From the sequence record MH791414.1: a stretch of DNA of 64,000 bases; one strand, 5' to 3'. This document shows, in pieces, positions 12,097 to 22,500 of this stretch. Below the pieces are notes generated by a model. The model did not search any database. It saw only the letters and a program-made list of their open reading frames with translations, and was not told the origin of the DNA. The stretch's first letter is position 1; each line of letters starts with the position of its first letter. The position numbers and the translations under genes are program-made.

Positions 12097-13451
12097 GTTG
12101 TTGTATATACGTCTTTGATCCCCCAGACTCTCCACATACGGCAGTTTTCACCGATAGTTTGGAAGAACCGACCGTTATTCGGGTCAAATCTACCCAACCA
12201 CCAAATAGAGTCAGCATGAACAACCCAATAACCATAGGTGTAATAGTAATCTTGAGCGTTTATGATTTGTTGTCTGGTCATTTGATAGGAAGTCATCTCT
12301 CTACCAGAATCCCCAGTCGCTTCAAATATCAAACTATCAAAGTCCCACCATGGTTGACTTAACCAGAAATTCCCGGTAGGCAAACCACCTTGACCACTTG
12401 CATCAAATAGAATGGTTCTTTCTGAAGAAGTGAAATTGACTCTAGACCCTTTACTTGTCTTGGTTGCAATTACGCTATTCAGACTATTGAAAAGACCCTC
12501 AACAAAATCTCTACGTGTAACAGCGTCTGGATTTGAAACCTGTGATGAAATATACATAGACGGAGCAGAGATCGGTCCAGTGAATGCACCACCAGTTTTA
12601 GGCATGAGTTGCGCGGCACCATGGGCAGTTAATGCATGTGAAAATAATCCATCAACTGGAACGTTTGACAATGCCACAATCCCGTATTGTTGGGTACTTC
12701 CGATAGGGAGGGTCGCCGGACTCAAAGCAACGTCAGATAACGCACGTGCGTTTGCTTCTGCTTGCGTAGCCATCCGGGTTGTACCAACTCTGGTGGTGGT
12801 TGCGCGAGTTTCTATAAAGCCTTTTGGGCTAACAGCAACCCCATTATGCAGACCAGCATTGACTACCGGACTCGGTGATATTTTAACTACCCCCGAAGTG
12901 GTTTCAGTCGCACCAGCTGGGTTAGTGGTAATTGCGAATGTATCAATCATCGCTTTAACTACTGCTGGGGTTGTTGCTGTGGTGCTATCTAAACCAAGAA
13001 CACCAACAGCAACAGTAGATAGTTTTAAAGTCCCCGATTTGGTTGTGGACCCCCCAGCTTTATTTCGGATAATATCCCAAATACCGCTAGTGTGAATCCC
13101 GATAGACGTACTTGCGTTAGCCTCATTACGTTCAGAACTATTAGCAAAACGAACAAGACCTTTAACTGTCTCTGACGCATCAGGACGAACCCATTTTGCT
13201 TGCAAAGTTTTAGGGGTAACAATAGCATCCGGAACAAGACCGTCTAAAACTTCTTGTTCAGTCGCAATCCGCAATATTCCCATTTTTGTTTCGGTGGCTT
13301 TCATATCCTCATAATTACCAATTGCATGAGGTTGAATTAAATTAGCCATTTTCTGGACATCAGTTGTATCAGGCGGGAAATTGGTGGTTGATGGGTCCAG
13401 CTCCACATCAACCGCTTTTGAACTGATATGTTGTTCGGTATTATTTATCAT
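12093..13451 (-). CDS. 12: Short tail fibre gp12
   Basis: NNTEQHISS...DPSTTNFPP...ATEQEVLDG...VTPKTL matches the T4 gp12 N-terminus; repeats follow; C-terminus divergent. Confidence 0.9.
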   Translation of the reverse strand: MINNTEQHISSKAVDVELDPSTTNFPPDTTDVQKMANLIQPHAIGNYEDMKATETKMGILRIATEQEVLDGLVPDAIVTPKTLQAKWVRPDASETVKGLVRFANSSERNEANASTSIGIHTSGIWDIIRNKAGGSTTKSGTLKLSTVAVGVLGLDSTTATTPAVVKAMIDTFAITTNPAGATETTSGVVKISPSPVVNAGLHNGVAVSPKGFIETRATTTRVGTTRMATQAEANARALSDVALSPATLPIGSTQQYGIVALSNVPVDGLFSHALTAHGAAQLMPKTGGAFTGPISAPSMYISSQVSNPDAVTRRDFVEGLFNSLNSVIATKTSKGSRVNFTSSERTILFDASGQGGLPTGNFWLSQPWWDFDSLIFEATGDSGREMTSYQMTRQQIINAQDYYYTYGYWVVHADSIWWLGRFDPNNGRFFQTIGENCRMWRVWGIKDVYTTT

Positions 13452-13455
13452 TTTT

Positions 13456-14427
13456 TTAACCTATCTTTTTCCAATAATAAAGAGTAACCATGCTACTATC
13501 AGCTAATACCTTATCCTCAGTAAGGAATCGTTCCCAATATCCATTACCATAGGAAGCAGGCGAACCAACAACCCAAGCCATATTAATTCCATTTTTAGCC
13601 CAAGGTTGGGGGGTGTGGTCTCTCATATCTTTATATGTAAAAGAAATGGAATCAACACCTACGGTAGACAGATCTTTTATATATAGACCTTGGTCTTTGA
13701 AGGATTGTAATACCGCATAAACTGCATCTCTAAAACTTGTCTCTGAAGTACCATCTGCAACTGTTAATCTCGTTCCAAATATATCAAAGGTTGTTGGAGA
13801 CCCAACCATATCAGAAGCAACCGCACCACTAAAAGTAAGCAAATCCGATTGAGGGACCCCGGAAGGGTCTCTATTATCTAAATTGATAATTACAGATTGA
13901 TTATTCATCCTACCGACGTTTGCAGCATCCATAATGGCATTCTGGATTGTCGGGAATGGTGTATGTCTAGATGCGTCCTGTAATGTGGCTGAACCGATAT
14001 TACCGGTCGTTGCAAGACCGTCCAAAGAAGTCTCTTGGATAAACTCAAGATCATTAGCTCGGCGAGATCGAATTTTAGAACCTTCTCTAGCTCTTGAAGG
14101 GTCAACGCTGGTACGTCCATCGAAAGGGGTTGCCATTGCAACCCCAGATGTCACATTAGATAATTCAGCAGAAGTATTTGAATCAACTTCTGTAATTTTA
14201 ACTCGAAAGTATTTATTAGAATACAACGGGTTAGTTGGTGGCATTTTCAATTTATCAGAAGCCGCTGACGGATCTATTACATCTGCCCAAGAAGTACCAT
14301 TAGAAGAAGAACTCCAAGAGTATTTTAATTCGGCATTTGGTAGTGAAGTCGTTGCAGCTATTGTAAATGTGTATGGGCTACCAGCATAATATGTTATATT
14401 CTGAGGTTGTTGAAAAATAGTAATCAT
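13456..14427 (-). CDS. 11: Baseplate wedge gp11 with N-terminal Ig-like extension
   Basis: C-terminal ~210 aa match T4 gp11 (PSGVPQSDLLTFSGAV, YGNGYW, LYYWKKIG); first ~100 aa Ig-like (QQPQN...YSW...YFRVKIT). Confidence 0.88.
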   Translation of the reverse strand: MITIFQQPQNITYYAGSPYTFTIAATTSLPNAELKYSWSSSSNGTSWADVIDPSAASDKLKMPPTNPLYSNKYFRVKITEVDSNTSAELSNVTSGVAMATPFDGRTSVDPSRAREGSKIRSRRANDLEFIQETSLDGLATTGNIGSATLQDASRHTPFPTIQNAIMDAANVGRMNNQSVIINLDNRDPSGVPQSDLLTFSGAVASDMVGSPTTFDIFGTRLTVADGTSETSFRDAVYAVLQSFKDQGLYIKDLSTVGVDSISFTYKDMRDHTPQPWAKNGINMAWVVGSPASYGNGYWERFLTEDKVLADSSMVTLYYWKKIG

Positions 14428-14428
14428 T

Positions 14429-16570
14429 TTATTCCACTCTTAGCCATCTATGGGCGGTTGCTGTCGGTTGAACAATCCCAATAGGGTTAACTGGGGCATT
14501 TGGTCTGGTATATACAAAATCTTCTTTGTATTTTTTGAAGCCCGGACCTTGTTCGTCAGGGTCATATTGACACCCACCAATTAGAACATCACCATTAGGA
14601 TCTGCAATAAGTGCCTTTTCGGTACTTGTTGTTCCCGGTGTGTTTTCTGGTAGGATCACAACCTCATTTTCACCAACAAATCCACCAGAGCTGTGTCTAG
14701 GTTGTCCGTTTACATCAAGATCTTGATGGTTCAAACCATATATTGGGTCATTTGGGTTTTCACTATTCCAACCAGCAATTGTCATCCCTTCTGCCCAACG
14801 AACCCAAGTACCCATTCCCATATAAGTCGCGGGGTTGTTGGGGTTGTGTGCGTTTTCATAAACAGTCCCAACCGGATGGAAAATATCAAACATCATTTGA
14901 ATGGTGTTTACGCTAACACCCATTTGATCATTCGGGTCTGCTTGTACTGTTTTTTGGCTTGGGTTATACGGGTCTGAATATTTGATCTTCCCGCTAATGT
15001 TTAGCTGATTGCTTGCGACATATTTACTATCCGTTTCTTGAATGATGTCTTCCAGATCCAAGAGTGAACCAATGTCATTGTTAAACCAACGAATTGTAAT
15101 AATGTCACCATGGTCCAACGGTTCGTTAATTACAAACTCTCTCATTCTTCCATTAGCATCTTCTACCGGTCCAAAGTCTGCACCAGAGGAAACCCAAACA
15201 CCACCCTGAACAATACAAGATTCCTCGGTGATCGCGTCTGCACCGTCACAAACAAAGAACGGAATATCAGCTGAACCAGCTTTCAAAAGCTGTCTACCGT
15301 TAATAAGGATCTCTAAAGTTTTTGGGTTGAACGATTCACTTTCTTGGAAACCAAACTCACTAATACTAAAGCGATATTTAGCGGCAAGGTCACCAACAAA
15401 TCTACGCCCTAACTCGGTTTCGTAATCCACCGGAGCTAATGAACTAGAATATACCCGTATTGAACCAGTTTCATAAGAGCTACGGAAGGTAGCAAACCCA
15501 TCCAAGAATGTTTCTACAACGATAACATCACCTAGTTCGCAAGGTTTGGTTAGTCTGATGGTATAACCATCTAGCGCAGCAATACTACTCATACCAACGT
15601 TTAAAGTAACTTGAGCAGTCCCTTTAAATGCAGCCAAAATATCAGGCGTTGCACTATTTGAAACATATTCCTTAGTTATATTATCCAGTTCAAATATATA
15701 AGAGCTTCCACCAAAAGCAACTGTCATATACTGAACATTCAATGGGACTTTATCCAAATCGAATTTAATATAGGACAATCCGGTACTTTCTCTCGAATAA
15801 AACCTGATAATATCGGTATTTTCCACTTTTCCAACGATGGAACCACCAGTGTTTTTAATGAATCCGTAAGACATACCACCCAAAGAAGCTGGGGTAACCT
15901 TAATTTGGACTGGAGGAGCAACACTAGCAGAAACAACAGAACCGTAATTCGATTCGGAACTTAATTTGCTACCATAATACAGAATGTTGCCGCGCTTATA
16001 TACGTTGATTGCTTGTGTGTTATAACCAGACGGGAAAATATCTACAAAATCGGTCTGACCTTCAGTTGCAATAAATTCCCTCTTAATAACACTAGACATA
16101 TCACCAGATTTGATTTCACCAACATACTTACTAGCAACATAATCCCAGTTCCCCGGAGAGCAATAAACTAATTCAACGTCCATATTGTTTCTGTCAAGAC
16201 GATGAACACCCGGAGACCCTTTTATTGTGTTGGTCCCGCTTGGGATCAAAGTAACTGGGTTAGCTCCCCAAGTTCCAATAACATCCCGAAGACGAATCAC
16301 CTTTCCATAATCCGATGGTGAACCAAGAGGGAGATTAACGGTTATTTTCCCGGTTGTGGTGTTAATGACCCACGCTTGACCCATAATACAAACTAAATTA
16401 TGTGTATGGTCAGAATAAGGTTTCCATGCACCGGCAGCATGGGGGATATTACCATCCCCAAGGTTGTAATAAAGTTCGTCAAAGTTGTCGTTTATCTTCG
16501 AACCACCTTTGCGAAGGTAATCACCGGTTCCGTCATCAACACGATTACCAATTATAATTTTCTGTTTCAT
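14429..16570 (-). CDS. 10: Baseplate wedge/tail pin gp10
   Basis: MKQKIIIGNRVDDGTGDYLRKGGSKINDNFDELY and C-terminal VQPTATAHRWLRVE match T4 gp10. Confidence 0.95.
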   Translation of the reverse strand: MKQKIIIGNRVDDGTGDYLRKGGSKINDNFDELYYNLGDGNIPHAAGAWKPYSDHTHNLVCIMGQAWVINTTTGKITVNLPLGSPSDYGKVIRLRDVIGTWGANPVTLIPSGTNTIKGSPGVHRLDRNNMDVELVYCSPGNWDYVASKYVGEIKSGDMSSVIKREFIATEGQTDFVDIFPSGYNTQAINVYKRGNILYYGSKLSSESNYGSVVSASVAPPVQIKVTPASLGGMSYGFIKNTGGSIVGKVENTDIIRFYSRESTGLSYIKFDLDKVPLNVQYMTVAFGGSSYIFELDNITKEYVSNSATPDILAAFKGTAQVTLNVGMSSIAALDGYTIRLTKPCELGDVIVVETFLDGFATFRSSYETGSIRVYSSSLAPVDYETELGRRFVGDLAAKYRFSISEFGFQESESFNPKTLEILINGRQLLKAGSADIPFFVCDGADAITEESCIVQGGVWVSSGADFGPVEDANGRMREFVINEPLDHGDIITIRWFNNDIGSLLDLEDIIQETDSKYVASNQLNISGKIKYSDPYNPSQKTVQADPNDQMGVSVNTIQMMFDIFHPVGTVYENAHNPNNPATYMGMGTWVRWAEGMTIAGWNSENPNDPIYGLNHQDLDVNGQPRHSSGGFVGENEVVILPENTPGTTSTEKALIADPNGDVLIGGCQYDPDEQGPGFKKYKEDFVYTRPNAPVNPIGIVQPTATAHRWLRVE

Positions 16571-16571
16571 T

Positions 16572-17498
16572 TTATGCCCCGATTGATTCGATAGACTTAA
16601 TAAATACGTCGATAATAGCCGTACTTATGTTTGTAATTGTAAGAACCACCGTACTACCAATTATCGAATATTTGGCATCAAATAAGAGGTTGTCTTCTGG
16701 TTGTAATGGTTCTTTCGTCCGGATCCTAGCGTATTCGGTAGAATAAACATTTAGGTCGGCAGTGCTACTATTATTTACCATCAGTAAAGTTTCGCAAGAT
16801 TCTTGCATAGCAGCTGCACCCCGTTGAGTGACAAACATCATATGTTTAACCGCGTTATATTGGGTTTTATTAAACAATACTAGGTTACGTTCTGCACCCG
16901 GAGCAATACCGGACATAGTTGCAGAATATGAAGTTGCGTTATCTCCATATAGGGATTCGATCCGATAATTCCATTTCGAGCCAGCTGAACTAGCCTCAGT
17001 AACCCAAAATGTTATTCTGAAATATGGCTTATTCAAAACGATGCGGTTTCCAAGGGTTCCGATACTATCACCACTACCACTGGTTCTGATGATCACTTCT
17101 TTACCTGTACCGTATCCAACCGACCCATCACTATTGATAAGTTCGATACATTCCCCGGCGTGATTACTACCAACTGGTAATGTAATCGTTAGGTCACCAG
17201 CACCGTCACGAAGAACAGATACATCATGCATAGAACCATATTCAACCGGGTTCCCCGATGGCTGTTCTGCACCAGCATAGTAAGCCCTTGTATGCTTTTG
17301 GTAGTACCCAGTTGCGTGAAGGGTTTGTACCCTATTACCAAGTCCGGAAGTTTTACCAATACGATAATCCCCGAATACGTTATAGATACTGTTAAGATCT
17401 TGGTTTATCTTAACGCCGCCATCGTGTAGAGTGTCCCCGGTCCCTTCTTGCCCGCGAACGCCTGTATCAATTAGCTCTTTTGGCTTTTGTACTGACAT
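16572..17498 (-). CDS. 9: Baseplate wedge long-tail-fibre connector gp9
   Basis: QKPKELIDTG...TGDTLHDGGVKIN and HATGYYQKH match T4 gp9. Confidence 0.95.
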   Translation of the reverse strand: MSVQKPKELIDTGVRGQEGTGDTLHDGGVKINQDLNSIYNVFGDYRIGKTSGLGNRVQTLHATGYYQKHTRAYYAGAEQPSGNPVEYGSMHDVSVLRDGAGDLTITLPVGSNHAGECIELINSDGSVGYGTGKEVIIRTSGSGDSIGTLGNRIVLNKPYFRITFWVTEASSAGSKWNYRIESLYGDNATSYSATMSGIAPGAERNLVLFNKTQYNAVKHMMFVTQRGAAAMQESCETLLMVNNSSTADLNVYSTEYARIRTKEPLQPEDNLLFDAKYSIIGSTVVLTITNISTAIIDVFIKSIESIGA

Positions 17499-17532
17499 TG
17501 TTATAGATCCTTTTGTTTATAGATTACTTCAG

Positions 17533-17539
17533 TATTTAG
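17533..17539 (-). promoter_or_regulatory. Late promoter CTAAATA for gp9
   Basis: TATTTAG about 35 nt upstream of the gp9 start. Confidence 0.65.
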
Positions 17540-17558
17540 GGATTTTTTTAAAAAGGTA

Positions 17559-17586
17559 TTGCATTGCGGATTCGTTGTGCTATGAT
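17559..17586 (+). promoter_or_regulatory. Sigma70-type early promoter
   Basis: TTGCAT-N16-TATGAT with TG extended -10; divergent from the gp9 late promoter. Confidence 0.65.
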
Positions 17587-17625
17587 GACCTTGTTGAAAC
17601 GAAACACCTCTTAACCAAAAAGGAA

Positions 17626-17847
17626 ATGACTATGACTAACGTACAAATGTTCTTCGGTTCCCGCGCTACTGCTCGTCAAGCTTCCTTCGGTAAAATGACC
17701 GACAACGGTCAAGGTTCCGAAAAACGCTGGGCTCGTACAGTTTCCGTAAATACTAAAGAGGCCACTCAAACCACAATGATCCGCAAAGGCCGTCGCGGTG
17801 AACAAGTCACCACCACTGTGGTAGTGAAAAAGGCAAAGAAATGGTAA
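17626..17847 (+). CDS. Small basic hypothetical protein (73 aa)
   Basis: AAGGA SD before ATG 17626; codon usage typical of highly expressed genes. The ORF track starts it further upstream at 17431, overlapping gp9. Confidence 0.75.
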   Translation: MTMTNVQMFFGSRATARQASFGKMTDNGQGSEKRWARTVSVNTKEATQTTMIRKGRRGEQVTTTVVVKKAKKW

Positions 17848-17851
17848 AACA

Positions 17852-18502
17852 ATGAAAAAGATAGTAAGTGTATGTCTTTTATCGCTATCATTGTTCACAA
17901 TGACCCCAGCCATCGGAGCATCTTTTGATTGTTCGTTGGCTGGTACAAAAATTGAGCATATGATTTGTGAAAACGACAATATCAATAAATTAGATGAAGA
18001 ATTAAACGTTCTTTATAAAAACGCGAGATCAAATCCATCGGTTGTTTTAGAACAAAAAGAATGGATTAAGATGAGAAATGGTGTCAGTACACCAAGAGAA
18101 TTGGAAAACATGTATTTGTCAAGAGTTCAAGAACTTAGTTCGAGGGCTGTGGGAAATACAAAATTCGAAATAGTAAAGCAAAATCGAATCGTTGAGAAAA
18201 AGAAGAAAACATTAGAAGAACTGATTGTGTTCATACTTAAAAACGATGTATACCCACTCGATGGGAAATATTACAGCGTGAAAGAAAGAGCCGATACGGG
18301 GGACGATTCTTTAAATGCTTGCTTACAGGATGGGACTTTAATGTCAATTACGTTAATTCGTGATAAAATGGTAGATCTTGGTATATATAACAAATACTGG
18401 GACCAAGTAAAAACAAAATTATACATCGGTATGTATAACTCATCTGTAGAAAGTATAAAAACAGACGAAAAACAAAGAACTCTTTGCAAATTGCAATATT
18501 AA
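17852..18502 (+). CDS. Secreted LprI/DUF1311-like (lysozyme inhibitor family) protein
   Basis: Signal peptide followed by ASFDC..A.T.IE.MIC....L..LDEEL..LY, the LprI-family signature. Confidence 0.75.
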   Translation: MKKIVSVCLLSLSLFTMTPAIGASFDCSLAGTKIEHMICENDNINKLDEELNVLYKNARSNPSVVLEQKEWIKMRNGVSTPRELENMYLSRVQELSSRAVGNTKFEIVKQNRIVEKKKKTLEELIVFILKNDVYPLDGKYYSVKERADTGDDSLNACLQDGTLMSITLIRDKMVDLGIYNKYWDQVKTKLYIGMYNSSVESIKTDEKQRTLCKLQY

Positions 18503-18533
18503 AAAAGCCCACTCTTCTACGAGTGGGCTTTTT
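18501..18533. terminator. Bidirectional intrinsic terminator
   Basis: AAAAAAGCCCACTC-ttctac-GAGTGGGCTTTTT between converging genes. Confidence 0.85.
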
Positions 18534-18534
18534 G

Positions 18535-19518
18535 TTAGAATTGAAAAACTACGTTGAATTCTTCAGTCTGATCCCTAGACCTAATAACGGGTTGGCGGTT
18601 ATCCATATAGATAATGTTCCCACTATGTCGTTCTAATTGGTCTGGTGTATAAGTTAACTCAGTCGCTTTGACATCCGGGTCACTAGGTTCTGCCTTCACC
18701 AACAGTGGGTTGCAAACTAGCCCCATTTGTCTAAACCCAGTATTACCAATTTTACTTGACGCTGGGAAACTGTAACTGTCAAAATAAGCACGAAACCTAA
18801 GAGTATCACACTTTATCCGGTTCAGCAAATTATAATCATTTGGATACCAAGACAACACGTTTTGATATCCCCAGACAGAAGGGTTATCTTTAAGATCGTC
18901 TGGTGTTGGAACTACAATATATTCGTTAGAACAATCGTTAATTGCAACGTCACTTGGGATAGTATACAGGTATTCCCAAATATAACCATCCTTCATATCA
19001 ACCCCGTCAGATTTACCAATCGGGAGGATACTTTTAATGGATGGGGTCCATTGTTCCCCAATTTTCAAACACTCTTCTTTGGTGATCACTGACTCAATAG
19101 AGCAGAGACCATCGCTTGGTACATCTACGCATCGATAAACGATCCACCCAGAGCCGATTTCACTCCGGTTATAAGGTGCGGTATTCGTGACAACAATATC
19201 CCCAACATGAAACGTCTGTGGATTTGTATATCTCTGATCACCCCAGTCCCTACGAGGAACAACCGGGCGGATCATCTCTTTCTGGATCTTCACTGCCCCC
19301 AACATTCTAGCCCACACATCAGAAAATCCCTCGGTGGTATCATCTGGATATGGCGGCGCAAATTTCGGGTCTGACTCGTTGTCTGCCCAAGCATCTTTTC
19401 TTCCAAAATAGGCATAAAGCGTATTTTTTGAAACATCATCACCAATTGCATTATAAAAGTTTAAAAGGTTAGCGACCCGAAAGTCGCTGGTAACCTTAGC
19501 TCTGTAAATTACTGACAT
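18535..19518 (-). CDS. 8: Baseplate wedge gp8
   Basis: SVIYRAKVTSDFR, FAPPYP, PRRDWGD and GYIWEYLY match T4 gp8. Confidence 0.95.
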   Translation of the reverse strand: MSVIYRAKVTSDFRVANLLNFYNAIGDDVSKNTLYAYFGRKDAWADNESDPKFAPPYPDDTTEGFSDVWARMLGAVKIQKEMIRPVVPRRDWGDQRYTNPQTFHVGDIVVTNTAPYNRSEIGSGWIVYRCVDVPSDGLCSIESVITKEECLKIGEQWTPSIKSILPIGKSDGVDMKDGYIWEYLYTIPSDVAINDCSNEYIVVPTPDDLKDNPSVWGYQNVLSWYPNDYNLLNRIKCDTLRFRAYFDSYSFPASSKIGNTGFRQMGLVCNPLLVKAEPSDPDVKATELTYTPDQLERHSGNIIYMDNRQPVIRSRDQTEEFNVVFQF

Positions 19519-22500
19519 TATTTATTCACCTTAACCTGTGATGGACTTACAGGGACAACCAAATTACTGACGTCTCTTGGTAATCCAATATCGTCCTTTA
19601 ATCTTCTTTCTGATAGTCTCTTGAGATCTGAGAATCTACTACTGAACGCACTAAACAATGGACTACCGTCTAATCGTCTCTCAGACGGTGTATAAACAAC
19701 TCCGTCTATCACCCAATCCGATTCATCGGTATCATAGTTTCTAGCCTCAAAAACGCTTCCAGTGGACTCGTTGATTGCATTATTCCATGCAGATACATCG
19801 AATGGTGTTTGTACCAATTCTTCTTCCATCAATTGACCGGTAACCGGGTCAAATAGTGGACTAGGATCTAAGAAAGAACCATTAGGATCCTGTATTGTTT
19901 TATATTTAGGTGTAAGACTTGGTAAACCAGAATCCCATCTAAACGATTTGTTAATATCTACCACGGTTTCATTATGAGCCATAGAGATACCACCATTCAC
20001 AAATACAGTAAGAAGAGTTATACCAATAAATCCAAAACCCACCGGGTGGACAAATCGGATCACATCCTCTTTATATCTAGCGGTGTTTAATTCCGACCGG
20101 ATCCGCATCATGTAATAAGAGCGGTTTCTATTGATATAATCGATATCCGAATAAGCAAGCTCTTTACCTCGAACACCACGAGTTATTTCACCAGTGAATG
20201 AACTAGACTCCGATTTTATTTCTTGTCCCGTTTCGAATTTACCAATTAGGTTGTGAATTGTTATTTTCCATCTTAATTGACCATCAACGAATTGACGTTC
20301 TATATAAGTAACATTTGCTCTACCAGTTTCGGTGAATATGGTTCTACCAACTAAGTCCGTACTTATATTTGAAGATTTTACCATAATGTCATAATCAATA
20401 CCAACTTGTGATTCGATTTCAACATCTACATCAGCGTTATAAAGCAATTTGAACAGGAATTTATAACTGTCTATTGTTCCTTTAGAACTATAAAAGTTGT
20501 TCGCATTGGCTTCAAAAAACTTAACCACCGCATCACGCTTGTCCTGATCAAGATATATATTTCTTCTTCTCATTTCAGACCAGAGATAAACGAAAGAATC
20601 TTTCTCTCTTGGGTATTTCAACTTAATGAAGTTGAGAAGTTTTCCATACATCGAATCTGTACCATCTGATAGGAACTGAAAATAATATTCAATGAATTTC
20701 GAAAAGTTCGAGTCGTTGAAGTAGTATTCCGGACCCATCACTTGCAACATTGGCGATATATCTGGGTCAACAAGTCCCTCGGTCTGTGTTGTGTCTACCA
20801 CTACGTCACGTTCCTGATTAACAAGTTGAGCTTGCATAGCAACGTGTTCTGGTCTCCAAATTATAGATGCCTCATCACGAACACGATATGGGAACTCATA
20901 ATATCCAAATATTTCTCCACCAAGACTATTTTCGCGGTTATATAGACTATGGATCAATATACCATTGCAATATTTGCTGAAGTTTTGGAAATTTATATTA
21001 TCCAGATAGAAAGTGACTGTACCTTTATCCCAAACTTCTTTGTTAATATTTCTTTCAGTATCGATTGTATACTGATATTTTGTGGATGGTGTAATAAGAA
21101 CTATCCGGTTTTCATGGTTTTTCCAAATCCTTTCACCAGTCATAGCCATGTAATCAAATCCAGCTTCATTATAATAATTGGCAGGTTTTAATTTAAATTC
21201 GCTACCATCTTCGGTTTCCCATTGATATAGGTAAACTTTCTTATCACTCAAATACCCGAATTCAGAACTATATTTAACAGCGGAATCAACTTCGTCCGGA
21301 TATTTCAATGGGAGGTCTGTATCAACAACAGTATCAGAATATCTATATGTCGCACCAGAAACAAACAGTTTAGTTCCATCTGTACTCATATCAGAATATA
21401 GGTGTTCGATGTTATACCTTTCTTCTTCTGTGTTCCCGAATACACGAACCCAAGAACCACCGTCAGGGACTGAAGGTTTCACTATTTGTCCGTTTTCTTC
21501 GTACAAGTCAAATACCGCAGGATAAGCGAAATCCGCAACAAACCGACCATATTTTACCGGATCGATCACTTTATTAGTGATGTCGGAATATATATCAGCA
21601 ATGAATTGGAACGAATCATGATTTTCAGGAGATACAAAATTAACTTCCATCAATACACCGTGGGTTCTACCACGAAATACCCTCGATTCCCATCTGGTGG
21701 ATACTTGACCAACATGAGACCCATTGGGAAGGAATGTGACCATTTCTCTTGAAACGTCGATACCATTAACGTAATTTGAACCATCCGGATCTGTATAATT
21801 CAGATCACCAAGAACAAAATCTTCCTTCTTATATATCTCGTCAAAACGATATACACCAGAATAGCTAGATTTTTTAACTTGATGTGGGTCCCGCTTATCA
21901 CCACCCGGTTCTATTTCACCACTAACCAAGGCATAGCATACGTCATTAAGGGAATCCAATTTTTTAACAACAACATTTGGGTTATCACATATTTGATATG
22001 AAACAGGATCCCAAATAATTTTTCCGTTGCTATCTACAGGACCACCACTAAGCATAATACGACGACAAACACCGTCAGCCGCAGCATACAACCAACGACT
22101 AGAAACGGTCTGAGCTTCAACCTTACGGCGAATGTCATCAGGATATAAAGCAAAAGTACCAAAGAACATTGTAGGGAATGGGATGGTCATATCAGTATCC
22201 ATCTTAACGAATGTTAATTGATCATCGGACCAATAATATTGGTCTGAACTAAATCTGACATCGTTAACATTACGACCATAAAAAGCATAGTCATAACCAA
22301 GAAGGAATGATGTATTACTGTTCTGGCTCATAACTGTATTACCAGCCGGATATCCAATCCGGTCAGTTACTGCTTGGTAATAATACCAGTTCTGACCACC
22401 ATCATTTGTAACTTTACAATAGTTCTGATATTTCTCGAAAGAGTAAACAATACGCTTGTTCACACCTAGATATATATTTTTCACATCCTTACAGATACGA

